Shown here piece after piece: positions 28,187-37,385 of a DNA stretch of 64,000 bases. The notes beneath the pieces are model-generated. The model had not been told where the DNA came from, searched no databases, and was given only the letters and a program-made list of their open reading frames with translations. The stretch lies in assembly GCA_902599555.1 (NCBI GenBank), contig CACKFQ010000003.1, forward strand, positions 64,607-128,606, in the 5' to 3' direction. The stretch is from an uncultured Candidatus Actinomarina sp. (GTDB taxonomy: Bacteria > Actinomycetota > Acidimicrobiia > Actinomarinales > Actinomarinaceae). The position numbers and the translations under genes are program-made. How positions within the stretch are numbered: the first letter of the stretch is position 1; each line of letters opens with the position of its first letter.

Positions 28187-29467
28187 CTATTTTTGATACA
28201 CATATCCTAATACTGCTCTAATTACCAAACTAACATTTAAACTTAACCAAAGTGTTGAAATAGTATTCTCAGTTCTCAGAAGATAACTGCAAATTAAAAA
28301 TCCTGAAATTGAAGAAATTATAGATAACAGTGAGAATTCTTTTGACTTATCAAGTCCTAACAAAATTCCATCCCAAAGAAATGCGAAACAACCAATAAAC
28401 AAACTTGTAGCTACCATCAATTTTAAATTTGTATTTAGCAATGAATCAAAACTACTAGCAGCAAATAACTGTACAAAATCTTCAAGAAATATGACTGTTG
28501 CTACGGTAAGAAAGATCGAAATTAAAGTTGTTACAGAAATAAGTTCTTTTTGTAATATAGATTTCTGATATTTTTCCTTTTTTGAAATTAATTCAGAAAT
28601 TAAAGTTTGTGAGGCTATTGCTACTGCATCGACAAAAATATATCCAACAGACCAAAGTTGTAAAAGAATATGCTGTAGAGCAATTTCTTCCATTGACATT
28701 AATGAAGACCTATTTCTTAAGTAGGCCATGAAAAGAGTCAAAAATAGTGATCGAATCAGTATATAAACACCAACACTGAAAAATTTCTTTCTCATGCTAA
28801 CTTTGTCAACATTTTCACTTGTCGAGGAAAGGAGGTTTTGGTGCTTTTTTAATACGACAGTTGAATAAATTGACGCACAAAAGAAAGCAAGTGAGCTTGC
28901 AAAGCCAATTCCAGCTGCACCAAAACCTAGGAATAAGCCAAAAAACAAGCTAAAAACTATATTGAAAGCTGACACTATAAAAGCACTATAAAAAGTAATC
29001 TTGGCTACTTTAAGGCCCCTTAAAACAGCTGTTGAGTGCATATTTACTAAGTAAAATGGTAATCCAACACACCTAAAAATCAGATAGTCAGATGACAAAA
29101 CTTTGATCTTGTTGGTTGGCTCAAATGTAGAAATAAAATAGTCACTACTTAAATAAAGAATTAAGAATGAAATTAAACCTAATAATATAGATATATTTCT
29201 TCCAAACTTTATGAAATAATTTAATTTATTTACTTCATTTTTAGTATTTAATGATGATACAAGTGGTGTTGTTCCGTACGCTAAAAATATAAAAACCCAG
29301 ATGAAAACAAAGTAAATTGTTTCACCAATTCCAATTGCAGAGAGAGTATCTAGATTTATAATACTTGCTATTTTTGAATCAATTAACCCTACTATTGGTT
29401 CCAATGCAAGCCATAGAAATATTGGATAAGAATTAATCCATATTTCTTTTCTAACAGAATTAATCAT
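28187..29467 (-). CDS. MATE-family efflux transporter (DinF-like)
   Basis: 426 aa, 12 TM segments; N-terminal pattern P..L.L.LEPIVGLIDSKIAS...LSAIGIGETIYF typical of MATE. Confidence 0.7.
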   Translation of the reverse strand: MINSVRKEIWINSYPIFLWLALEPIVGLIDSKIASIINLDTLSAIGIGETIYFVFIWVFIFLAYGTTPLVSSLNTKNEVNKLNYFIKFGRNISILLGLISFLILYLSSDYFISTFEPTNKIKVLSSDYLIFRCVGLPFYLVNMHSTAVLRGLKVAKITFYSAFIVSAFNIVFSLFFGLFLGFGAAGIGFASSLAFFCASIYSTVVLKKHQNLLSSTSENVDKVSMRKKFFSVGVYILIRSLFLTLFMAYLRNRSSLMSMEEIALQHILLQLWSVGYIFVDAVAIASQTLISELISKKEKYQKSILQKELISVTTLISIFLTVATVIFLEDFVQLFAASSFDSLLNTNLKLMVATSLFIGCFAFLWDGILLGLDKSKEFSLLSIISSISGFLICSYLLRTENTISTLWLSLNVSLVIRAVLGYVYQK

Positions 29468-29759
29468 TTAATTTTCTTGCTTTAGTTAGGCCCCATAACA
29501 TAATTTGTTCATGTGCATCAGGTCCTAAATTTTGTGGTGTAATAATTTTCTTCAGATCATATTTATTTTTTACAAACTCGTTTAAAAATTGAGTTGGAGT
29601 TTGTGTTTGGTTGATATACGGAAGAGAAAATTCAGAAAATAATTCATTCTCTAATATTTGAAAATCAGATTCTTCTATTTTGACTTTTTCATTTTTTAGG
29701 TAAAACTTTAAACCATTAGTTAAAATCTTTACGAAAGAATTTATATCAATACTACTCAT
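29460..29759 (-). CDS. hypothetical protein (99 aa)
   Basis: ORF overlapping both neighbours (4 nt and 8 nt), so probably co-translated in the CvpA-CAP/MATE operon; no motif recognised. Confidence 0.45.
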   Translation of the reverse strand: MSSIDINSFVKILTNGLKFYLKNEKVKIEESDFQILENELFSEFSLPYINQTQTPTQFLNEFVKNKYDLKKIITPQNLGPDAHEQIMLWGLTKARKLND

Positions 29760-30766
29760 GAAAAAACCTGAACAATTATTAGTCCAATCGGTCCTGATAC
29801 TACTCCAATACCTACCCTGCGAAATTCATTATCTAAAATAGTATTTCTATGTGAGTCTGATTGCATTAAGCTTTGATGCCCTGACCTTACAGTTGATGCA
29901 ATTGCTAAGTTTTCTCCTACTGTTGTAAAAGGAAAGCCAACTTTTGAGAGTCTTTCATTTACACTTTCACCATTATTTGGATTCTGATGACACCAAAAAC
30001 CACCGACATACATTTCATATGCATAAGCTTGAGCAACATTGGATAATATTTGATTTAACTCAAGTCCATCAACATTTTCATTTTGTCTCTCTAGAGAAAG
30101 TAAGTTATAAATCTCTATAGAAAAATCTTGTCGCGACTGAAGATTGGATTCATTATATCTTGGAATTTCTAGACAACCATCATCATCAACGACTACAGAT
30201 GATTTTCCGGTTAAATAATTGATCCTATTTACAACTTTTAATAAATCTGTACCGATAATCACTTCTAAAGTTTGTTGAGGTGATCCTTCTGGGCTTACAT
30301 AGAAATTGACAAGATTTGATTCTTTTACCGAATTTTCAAAGAAGGTTGGGAGATTTACAATGTTTAGTGCAGTAAAAATTAAAGTCAGAATTAAATTACT
30401 TACTAAAAGTGATATGGCTGCTCCCAAAGCTTTGCTTCCTAAATCTGAAATCTTTATACGATTATTTAACAAATTTTGTAGAAAGGATGCAATAGTTAAT
30501 ATTGCTACAAAAATTATTATGCCCCCGAATACTTCTGACAACTGTAGATTTGAATTTAACCAACTACTAATGTATGCACCAATCTCATCTGAATATCGAA
30601 AACTTAGGGAAACAGCAATTAAAAGTGAAAATAGATAAAATATTTGAAAAACTGCCCCTTTTTTCCATCCCAAATAGAGGAAATAAAGCATGAAAATATA
30701 CATAAATACGTCCAAATACTGTTGATTAGATAAATCAATTAGTAAATTTTCGATTATTTCACTCAT
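29756..30766 (-). CDS. CvpA-like membrane domain fused to an extracytoplasmic CAP/SCP (YkwD-like) domain
   Basis: N-terminal 4 TM segments with YLGWKKGAVFQIFYLFSLLIAV (CvpA-type). C-terminal GENLAIAS...GHQSLMQSDSHRNTILDNEFRRVGIGVV matches the bacterial CAP/SCP signature (GENia...W..S.gHr.NiL...f..vGvG). Confidence 0.65.
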   Translation of the reverse strand: MSEIIENLLIDLSNQQYLDVFMYIFMLYFLYLGWKKGAVFQIFYLFSLLIAVSLSFRYSDEIGAYISSWLNSNLQLSEVFGGIIIFVAILTIASFLQNLLNNRIKISDLGSKALGAAISLLVSNLILTLIFTALNIVNLPTFFENSVKESNLVNFYVSPEGSPQQTLEVIIGTDLLKVVNRINYLTGKSSVVVDDDGCLEIPRYNESNLQSRQDFSIEIYNLLSLERQNENVDGLELNQILSNVAQAYAYEMYVGGFWCHQNPNNGESVNERLSKVGFPFTTVGENLAIASTVRSGHQSLMQSDSHRNTILDNEFRRVGIGVVSGPIGLIIVQVFS

Positions 30767-30892
30767 TATTATTCATTTTATTTGTAAATTATTTAATTCT
30801 GCTATTGAATAGTACTAAATATCCGCTATTGTTTAATAATTCCTACAAATTAGTAGGATTTTTTAATTTCAGTGACTGAAAGGAAATTATAT

Positions 30893-32191
30893 ATGAAGAA
30901 TCGCAAAGCTTTGGCTTTGATTGCGGTTTTAGCACTTGTTGCTGCGGCTTGTGGCGGTAGTGATGGTGGAAGTGATGATGCAGTAGTGGAAGTTGAAACA
31001 ACTGAAGCACCTGCAACAACTGAAGCCCCTACAACTACAGCTGCTCCTGCGCCTGCTGGTGATCCATTAATTTTGGCATCTTTAATGCCATTATCTGGTG
31101 ACCTTGCATCGTTAGGACCTGGTATTGCACTAGGTGCAGCTCTTGCTGTTGAGCAAATCAATGCTGCTGGCGGTATAAACGGACAACCAGTTCAACTTAT
31201 TGAAGGTGATAGTGGTTGTGATGGAGCTGTAGCTCTTACAAGTTTAAATGATGTAATTGCCCAAGGTGCTCAAGGTGTTATGGGAGCTGCATGTAGCGGT
31301 ACCTCACTAGCTATTCTTGACACAGCAATTGCAGCAGAAGTTGTAATGGTGTCTCCATCAAATACAAGTCCTCAATTTACAAAAATTGATAAAAAAGGAT
31401 TTTATGCAAGAACTGCTCCATCAGATCTTCTTCAAGGTGATGTATTAGCATCTCTTTTAGTAGAAGATGGAGTTCAAACAGTTTCTATAATTTCTAGAGC
31501 AGACTCTTACGGTAGAGGTCTTGCTGAAGCTACTGCAGCAGCTTTTGAAGCAGCTGGTGGAACAGTAAAGACTATCGTATACCACGCAACTGATGCTACA
31601 GAATTTACTTCTGAAGTAACAGCTGTTGGTAAAGGTGCTCCAGATGCTATTGTTGGAATTTTATTCCCAGAAACTGGTTGTGGTGTTCTTCAACCTGCAT
31701 TCGAACAAGGTCTTCTTGACACACCTTGGTACATGACTGACGGTGTTAAAGATGCTGGTCTTGCATCATTGTGTGGTCTTGGAACTGCACTTGATGGATT
31801 CAAGGGTACAGCACCAGGTTCAGCTGCAGGTGAAGCAAAAGATGCATTTGAAGCAGCTTATGCAGGAGTTTCTGCAGATGGCTCACCAACATTCATCTTT
31901 GCTCCACAAGCTTATGATGCTGTTATGTTAATGGCAATATCAGCTGCTGCTAATGGTGTAACTGGCCCAGAAATTGCTTCTGGTTTAGTTGCTGCATCAT
32001 CTGGTGGTGAAAAATGTATCGGAGTTGCATGTATAGCACTTGCAGCAGACGGTGTTGATGTTGACTATGTTGGCGCATCTGGTGAAATCGAATTAAATGC
32101 AGTTGGTGATCCTACTGCTGCTACATACGATATTTGGACAACAGAGGGTGATACTAACCCAGTTCTTAAATCTGTAGACTTCGGTTCATAA
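30893..32191 (+). CDS. branched-chain amino-acid type ABC substrate-binding lipoprotein (PBP1/LivJ family)
   Basis: Start at the ATG at 30893 (AAAGGA upstream) gives the signal MKNRKALALIAVLALVAAAC. This is followed by a T/E/A/P-rich linker and a periplasmic-binding-protein type 1 fold (GAACSGTS, VSPSNTSP, GYYARTAPSD-like pattern). Confidence 0.8.
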   Translation: MKNRKALALIAVLALVAAACGGSDGGSDDAVVEVETTEAPATTEAPTTTAAPAPAGDPLILASLMPLSGDLASLGPGIALGAALAVEQINAAGGINGQPVQLIEGDSGCDGAVALTSLNDVIAQGAQGVMGAACSGTSLAILDTAIAAEVVMVSPSNTSPQFTKIDKKGFYARTAPSDLLQGDVLASLLVEDGVQTVSIISRADSYGRGLAEATAAAFEAAGGTVKTIVYHATDATEFTSEVTAVGKGAPDAIVGILFPETGCGVLQPAFEQGLLDTPWYMTDGVKDAGLASLCGLGTALDGFKGTAPGSAAGEAKDAFEAAYAGVSADGSPTFIFAPQAYDAVMLMAISAAANGVTGPEIASGLVAASSGGEKCIGVACIALAADGVDVDYVGASGEIELNAVGDPTAATYDIWTTEGDTNPVLKSVDFGS

Positions 32192-32206
32192 TCTTTAATT
32201 AGATTT

Positions 32207-32239
32207 AAAAAAAGGCCTGAGAAATCAGGCCTTTTTTTT
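32207..32239. terminator. bidirectional intrinsic terminator between convergent livJ-like and livF
   Basis: A7 (32207-13), stem ggcctga (32214-20), loop gaaa, stem tcaggcc (32225-31), T8 (32232-39). Reads as stem plus U-tract on both strands; the livF stop codon lies in the tract. Confidence 0.85.
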
Positions 32240-32951
32240 ATAACTTTCCTAGATATAAATCAATTACTCGAGGGTCATTAAGTAGTTCTTCACCTTTTCC
32301 TTGATAAGCATTCCTACCCTGGTCAAGAACGTAGCCCCTATCGCTGAACGCAAGTGCTCTTTTAGCATTTTGTTCAACTAATAATATTGAGACACCTGAG
32401 TCATTTATTTCTTTGATAGAATCAAATACTTCATTTATAGCTACTGGTGATAAACCTGCTGATGGTTCATCAAGCAATAAGAGGCTAGGTGAAGTGATTA
32501 AAGCCCTAGCTAAAGCAAGAATTTGACGCTGTCCACCAGATAAGTTTCCAGCTTTATCCTTTTTTCTCTCAGATAACATTGGGAAATTCGTATAAATATT
32601 CTTTATTGATTCTTTTTTATTATTTACACTCCATGCACCAATTTCTAGATTTTCTTCAATAGTTAAAGAAGGAAATACATTTGCTACTTGAGGAACATAG
32701 CCTATTCCCTCCGTGACAATTTTGTGTGTTGAAAGATTAGTTTTTTCAATTCCATTTATATAAAATCTACCTGCAGATACTTTAATTAAACCCATAATTG
32801 CTTTTAACAAAGTTGATTTACCAGCTCCATTTGGTCCAATGATTGAAACAATTTCACCCTCATGAACAACTAAGTCAACACCTTGCAGAATATTTAAACC
32901 CTTTACATAACCTGCTGCAATTCCGTTACATTCTAAAATTGTTTTATTCAT
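32238..32951 (-). CDS. livF: branched-chain amino-acid ABC transporter ATP-binding protein LivF
   Basis: GPNGAGKST, LSGGQRQILALARA, LLLDEPSAGL. The ATG at 32951 (8-nt overlap with the livG stop) is preferred over the TTG at 32975 used by the track. Confidence 0.88.
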   Translation of the reverse strand: MNKTILECNGIAAGYVKGLNILQGVDLVVHEGEIVSIIGPNGAGKSTLLKAIMGLIKVSAGRFYINGIEKTNLSTHKIVTEGIGYVPQVANVFPSLTIEENLEIGAWSVNNKKESIKNIYTNFPMLSERKKDKAGNLSGGQRQILALARALITSPSLLLLDEPSAGLSPVAINEVFDSIKEINDSGVSILLVEQNAKRALAFSDRGYVLDQGRNAYQGKGEELLNDPRVIDLYLGKL

Positions 32952-33714
32952 CAGCTTTTCCAAGATAGGCTTCAATTACATTACTATCTGTTCTAATTTC
33001 ATTAGGTATGCCATCAGCAATAAGTGAACCTTCAGCTAGTACAACAATTCTCTCAGAAATCTTCATCACGGCTTCAATATTATGTTCGACCATGAGTATT
33101 GTGATTCCGCTATCAGATAATTTTGTAATGAGAGATAAAATATCTTCGGCTAACTTTGGATTTACCCCTGCCAATGGCTCATCTAAAAGCAAAATTTCTG
33201 GTTCATTGATTATTGATCTTGCCAGTTCTAACAGTTTTTTTTGACCACCTGATAATTCTCTTGCATAAGAATTTGCCATATGTCCAATATTCAAATCATT
33301 CATTATTTCATTAGCTTTTTCTCTAAGATTGCTTTCATATAATTTCTGAGAATTTAATTTAATAAATGATCTTAAAAAAGAGTCATTTTTTATATTTGAA
33401 CCAGAAAATAATAGATTTTCCATAACTGTCATTCTGTCAAAAACTTTTGTAAGCTGAAAAGTTCTAACCATGCCCATTCTCGCAATTTTATATGGTTGTG
33501 CATTTGAAATATCTTTGTCCTTTAAAAATATACTCCCACTATCTGCATCTTGAAATCCGGAGATTAAATCGAAAAAGGTAGTCTTACCAGCACCATTTGG
33601 ACCAATTATCGATGTAAGCTCACCTTCTTTAAAAGATAATTCTTGGACGTCAACTGCTTTTAAGCCACCGAACGATTTTTTTAAATTATTTACAGAAATA
33701 AGATTATTTGACAT
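32944..33714 (-). CDS. livG: branched-chain amino-acid ABC transporter ATP-binding protein LivG
   Basis: GPNGAGKTT, LSGGQKKLLELARS, LLLDEPLAGV and the LivG-specific insert after Walker A. Confidence 0.88.
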   Translation of the reverse strand: MSNNLISVNNLKKSFGGLKAVDVQELSFKEGELTSIIGPNGAGKTTFFDLISGFQDADSGSIFLKDKDISNAQPYKIARMGMVRTFQLTKVFDRMTVMENLLFSGSNIKNDSFLRSFIKLNSQKLYESNLREKANEIMNDLNIGHMANSYARELSGGQKKLLELARSIINEPEILLLDEPLAGVNPKLAEDILSLITKLSDSGITILMVEHNIEAVMKISERIVVLAEGSLIADGIPNEIRTDSNVIEAYLGKADE

Positions 33715-34768
33715 CTAAAAGTAGCTCTTCTTTCTTTCCTAATAACCCGCTTGGTCTAAATATCATAAGAAACATAATTAAAACTCCGACTAAAAGAAAC
33801 CTTACACCTGCTAATTGTTGCCCATTTGCATTTTCGAATAATAGATAGGCCAATCTGTCAGTCTCTGAAATAATTACCCAGAATATAATTGATCCAAATA
33901 TTGGTCCTGTAATTGTACCTACTCCACCCAAAATCATTATTGCCCATACATAAAAAGTTAATAACGGAATAAAGACTGTTGTTTCAAGAGAACCATAATT
34001 AAATGCGAGTAGAACACCTGATAAACCAGCAATTCCTGCGCCAAGCATAAAGCTTTGAAGTTTTAGCCAAACTGCATTTTTGCCCATTGCTCTAACAGCA
34101 TCCTCGTCTTCTCTTACGGCTCTTAATGCACGCCCCCATGGTGAGTTGGTTAAACGCTTAAGTAACAATACAGTAAAAAATATGGAGACCCACGCAGCTA
34201 AACATACCCAAGCTTGTGAAGGTGAAAATCCTAAATTTCCTGAAAAATTATCAATGAATAAGGGTCTGTATTTTTGAAAATTTTCCGTGTAGTTTATTAT
34301 GCCGTATACACCTCCTGTAATTGACTCTAAGTCTCTAACGAGTAGTCTAAAAATTTCTGCTGCAGCGATTGTTACAATTGCTAAGTAATCACCCCGTAAT
34401 CTTATAGCTGGAAGGCCAAGTAATAATCCAAATAAAGCAGCAGCTATAATTCCTATAATTAATGCTGCAAAAAATGGTAAACCTGTGGTTGTAACTTCAC
34501 CTTCTCTACCAGCTGCGTGAGGCATTAATAGTAAGGTAACATAAGCACCGACTCCCATAAAAGAAGCATGGCCAAAATTTAATAGTCCAGTCCATCCAAA
34601 ATGAACATTTAATCCGATAGCACTAAGTCCGTAAATACCCGCGAATGTTAATAAATTTAAAAGAATTCTTAAAGCACCATCTGGGTTAAGGAAAAATACT
34701 AGATAAATTGAAAACGCAGTTACAAGTAAAGCAAACATAAATCTAAATGAAATTTTGGTAGATGTCAC
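33704..34768 (-). CDS. livM: branched-chain amino-acid ABC transporter permease LivM
   Basis: 354 aa, about 10 TM segments, GLLNFGHASFMGVGAY motif. Confidence 0.85.
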   Translation of the reverse strand: MTSTKISFRFMFALLVTAFSIYLVFFLNPDGALRILLNLLTFAGIYGLSAIGLNVHFGWTGLLNFGHASFMGVGAYVTLLLMPHAAGREGEVTTTGLPFFAALIIGIIAAALFGLLLGLPAIRLRGDYLAIVTIAAAEIFRLLVRDLESITGGVYGIINYTENFQKYRPLFIDNFSGNLGFSPSQAWVCLAAWVSIFFTVLLLKRLTNSPWGRALRAVREDEDAVRAMGKNAVWLKLQSFMLGAGIAGLSGVLLAFNYGSLETTVFIPLLTFYVWAIMILGGVGTITGPIFGSIIFWVIISETDRLAYLLFENANGQQLAGVRFLLVGVLIMFLMIFRPSGLLGKKEELLLDVK

Positions 34769-35682
34769 GAAATTCTTTCCTTCTTACCAAATATTCCTTG
34801 AGGCCTAAATAGCAGGATTAAAATCATTACTGCGAGTGCCACTGCATTTTTAGCTTCAGTATGACCTTCCATAAACGGTAATCCAACCGATACTTGAACC
34901 ATTATTCCAATCATTAGTCCTCCTACCATTGCACCAAAAGAAGTTCCTATACCTCCAAGGACAGTTCCAGCAAAAATGAGGAGTAGTATTAAAAATCCCA
35001 TATTCCACCTGACATCATTGATAGTCGCCTGGAATATTCCAGCTAACCCAGCCAACATGCTCGAAGAAACCCACGTAATTAAAATAATATTATCTGAATT
35101 GATTCCAGAAACACTTGAAAGTTCTTCTGAGTCTCTCACAGCTCTCATCGCTTTTCCTAAACGAGTGTAAGTTAAAAGGAGTCCAACAATAATCATTACA
35201 ATTATTCCAGCAATCAAAACATTAAAGTTCCTTGGAGTCATGTCAAAAAACAAGTAAGTTTGTCTTCTTTGTAACTCAAGTGGGAAATTCTGCACTTTAC
35301 CGGTAGCGAAAAGTAAGTATAAATGTCTAACCAATATTGAAAGACCGATAGTTACAACTAATACAGCGATATTCCCAACATCATTTTTTCTTAAAGGTCG
35401 GAATAAAAAGACCTCTAATAAACCACCAAATAAACCACACACTACTATTGCTAAAAAGCATGAAATTGCAAAATTTAGACCTAAAGGTGAAAATTTCTCT
35501 AAAAATAATACTCTGTAATCAAGTGGGCTTGAGAAAAATAAGGTAGCAATTGCACCTAGAGCAATAATTTCTCCATGAGCGAAATTAACGATTCTTGTGA
35601 CACCATATAACAAAGATAGTGCAACAGAAGCTACAGAAATTATTATCCCCAATAGAAGACCATTACCAAGTTGATCTAACAA
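34765..35682 (-). CDS. livH: branched-chain amino-acid ABC transporter permease LivH
   Basis: 305 aa, VNFAHGEIIALGA motif, 4-nt overlap with livM. Confidence 0.85.
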   Translation of the reverse strand: MLDQLGNGLLLGIIISVASVALSLLYGVTRIVNFAHGEIIALGAIATLFFSSPLDYRVLFLEKFSPLGLNFAISCFLAIVVCGLFGGLLEVFLFRPLRKNDVGNIAVLVVTIGLSILVRHLYLLFATGKVQNFPLELQRRQTYLFFDMTPRNFNVLIAGIIVMIIVGLLLTYTRLGKAMRAVRDSEELSSVSGINSDNIILITWVSSSMLAGLAGIFQATINDVRWNMGFLILLLIFAGTVLGGIGTSFGAMVGGLMIGIMVQVSVGLPFMEGHTEAKNAVALAVMILILLFRPQGIFGKKERIS

Positions 35683-36540
35683 TTATGAACCTTTTTCTTC
35701 ATCATAAAACTTAACATCAGAACCATCCTCTACGATTATTTTTAATTTGTATACTTCATCAGCTTGGTTTAAATATCCTATTGTAGCACCTATCCATGAC
35801 GTTGGGGTTTCTACTTTTCCTACAACTACAACCGCCAAATCTTCAGATACACTTACTTCAAAATTTCCATTTATCTTCAATTCTTCAACTTCTAATCCTT
35901 CACCAAGAAAGATGCTTCCAGTACCTGCGATTCTTGAATCGTTTAATTTAATATTGTCTAAATTTATTTTGGAATTGAAAGATATTAAATTTAGTTGCCA
36001 CATGTTTTTATTTCCAATATTGACATTCCATCCTGCAACTTTTAAAAGAGTTGATGTTTGCATTTCTCGAAACAAAACAGCTTTAGGTTCTCCAACTAAA
36101 GTTTCAACTGCTTCTGGGTAACCTATATTTCCTGGTTTATCTATAACGTCGGCCGTATAACCTGTTTCATTAAAAGTATTTAAATTTATACTTCCACTTG
36201 TATCAATAACAAGTAAATATTCTGAATCTTTGTTGAGTTCCCTATTTTCTAAATATGAAGGGAAACTATAAGTTGTTAGAAATTTTGCATCAAAAATCTG
36301 AGCGATTGGAAACAATAATAAAACTATTGAAAGATATATAGATAGATAAAAATAAATCCTATTGGTAATTCTTTTGATGTTTAAATATAAATAAATAACT
36401 GCAGGAATAATAGTAAAAGGGAAAAAGTCAATATAGTCATAGATAATAGAAGGTCTCAGATAACCAAAAAAATACAGGGCAATTTGAACAGCTAATATTG
36501 AAAATATAAAAATTTTAAAAGAATTTATATACTTAATCAC
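35683..36540 (-). CDS. hypothetical membrane protein (3 N-terminal TM segments plus beta-rich extracytoplasmic domain)
   Basis: 285 aa. GTG start 4 nt downstream of the tRNA-Thr 3' end. The stop directly abuts the livH start, so it is the first gene of the liv permease/ATPase string. Confidence 0.5.
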   Translation of the reverse strand: MIKYINSFKIFIFSILAVQIALYFFGYLRPSIIYDYIDFFPFTIIPAVIYLYLNIKRITNRIYFYLSIYLSIVLLLFPIAQIFDAKFLTTYSFPSYLENRELNKDSEYLLVIDTSGSINLNTFNETGYTADVIDKPGNIGYPEAVETLVGEPKAVLFREMQTSTLLKVAGWNVNIGNKNMWQLNLISFNSKINLDNIKLNDSRIAGTGSIFLGEGLEVEELKINGNFEVSVSEDLAVVVVGKVETPTSWIGATIGYLNQADEVYKLKIIVEDGSDVKFYDEEKGS

Positions 36541-36544
36541 GCAG

Positions 36545-36617
36545 AGCCGGAGAGGGGAGTCGAACCCCTGACCTGCCGATTACAAGTCGGCTGCTCTGGC
36601 CACTGAGCTACTCCGGC
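36545..36617 (-). tRNA. tRNA-Thr (anticodon UGU)
   Basis: 73-nt cloverleaf read by hand. Acceptor GCCGGAG/CTCCGGC, D arm GCTC-AGTGGCCA-GAGC, anticodon arm GCCGA-CTTGTAA-TCGGC, variable AGGTC, T arm AGGGG-TTCGACT-CCCCT, discriminator T. No encoded CCA. Confidence 0.92.
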
Positions 36618-36650
36618 AAACAGTAAAATAATAGCAAAATGAGTATTGAA

Positions 36651-37385
36651 TCAGCTACTTTTTTTAAAAAAATGGTTCATTGCAATCGCTGCAGCAACAG
36701 AGGCATTAAGAGATTCGACAGTATTGTTCATATTTATTTTTACAATTAAATCTAATTTGTTTTGTATCTCCTTACTTAATCCATTTTCTTCCGAACCAAT
36801 AAATAAGGCAACTTTTTGATTATTCAAGTCAACATTCAATAAATCCTCTTTGGTATTCATATCCAAGCCAACAGTCCAATACTCAAGTGTCTTCAGTTTC
36901 TTGATTAGAGAAAAGATAGAATTATAAAAAACAATATTTACATTTTCAAGACCACCTGAAGAAATTGCAAAAGTTCTCTCTGAAATATTTACTGACCTTT
37001 TTTTTGGAATGCAAACTATATTAAAGTCAAATGCTGATGAAGTTCTTGTTATAGCACCTAAATTATTTGTATCTTGAATATGATCTAGTACAACAATGTT
37101 GCTAGGTGTTAGCTGATCAAAAGTTTTTTCATCATAGGTCTTTTTGGGAGTACAAAGCGCAACAACCGAATGCCTATTGTTATAAGTCCAACTATCTTTT
37201 TTACTAATTTTTTCAACTATTAATCCTTTATTTTTAGCTTTCTCAATTAATAGCACTAAACGATGTGATGTAGTTTTATCAGATTCTAAGAAGATAACTT
37301 TTTCTGCTCGATCAGAATCAATAGCACTGTTTACTGAATTAATTCCTTCAACTATTTTCCCAATACCAGGCACTATCATCACCAT
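36651..37385 (-). CDS. rlmB: SpoU/TrmH-family 23S rRNA 2'-O-methyltransferase (RlmB-like)
   Basis: LDHIQDTNNLGAITRTS, FIGSEENGLS, LNASVAAAIAM (SPOUT motifs 1-3); synteny downstream of cysS as in other Actinobacteria. Confidence 0.85.
   Translation of the reverse strand: MVMIVPGIGKIVEGINSVNSAIDSDRAEKVIFLESDKTTSHRLVLLIEKAKNKGLIVEKISKKDSWTYNNRHSVVALCTPKKTYDEKTFDQLTPSNIVVLDHIQDTNNLGAITRTSSAFDFNIVCIPKKRSVNISERTFAISSGGLENVNIVFYNSIFSLIKKLKTLEYWTVGLDMNTKEDLLNVDLNNQKVALFIGSEENGLSKEIQNKLDLIVKINMNNTVESLNASVAAAIAMNHFFKKSS

Noticed and set aside
30841-30864. Small hairpin tcctac-aaatta-gtagga followed by T6, upstream of the livJ-like gene.
   Set aside because: Only a 6-bp AT-rich stem, with no upstream plus-strand gene to terminate. 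It lies in a divergent promoter region, so it is too weak to call an attenuator.
30850-31161. 103-aa Ala/Pro/Ser-rich ORF antisense to the 5' part of the livJ-like gene.
   Set aside because: It is a by-product of the GC/Ala-rich sense sequence (GCN codons read as NGC on the other strand). It overlaps the real signal peptide and linker region.
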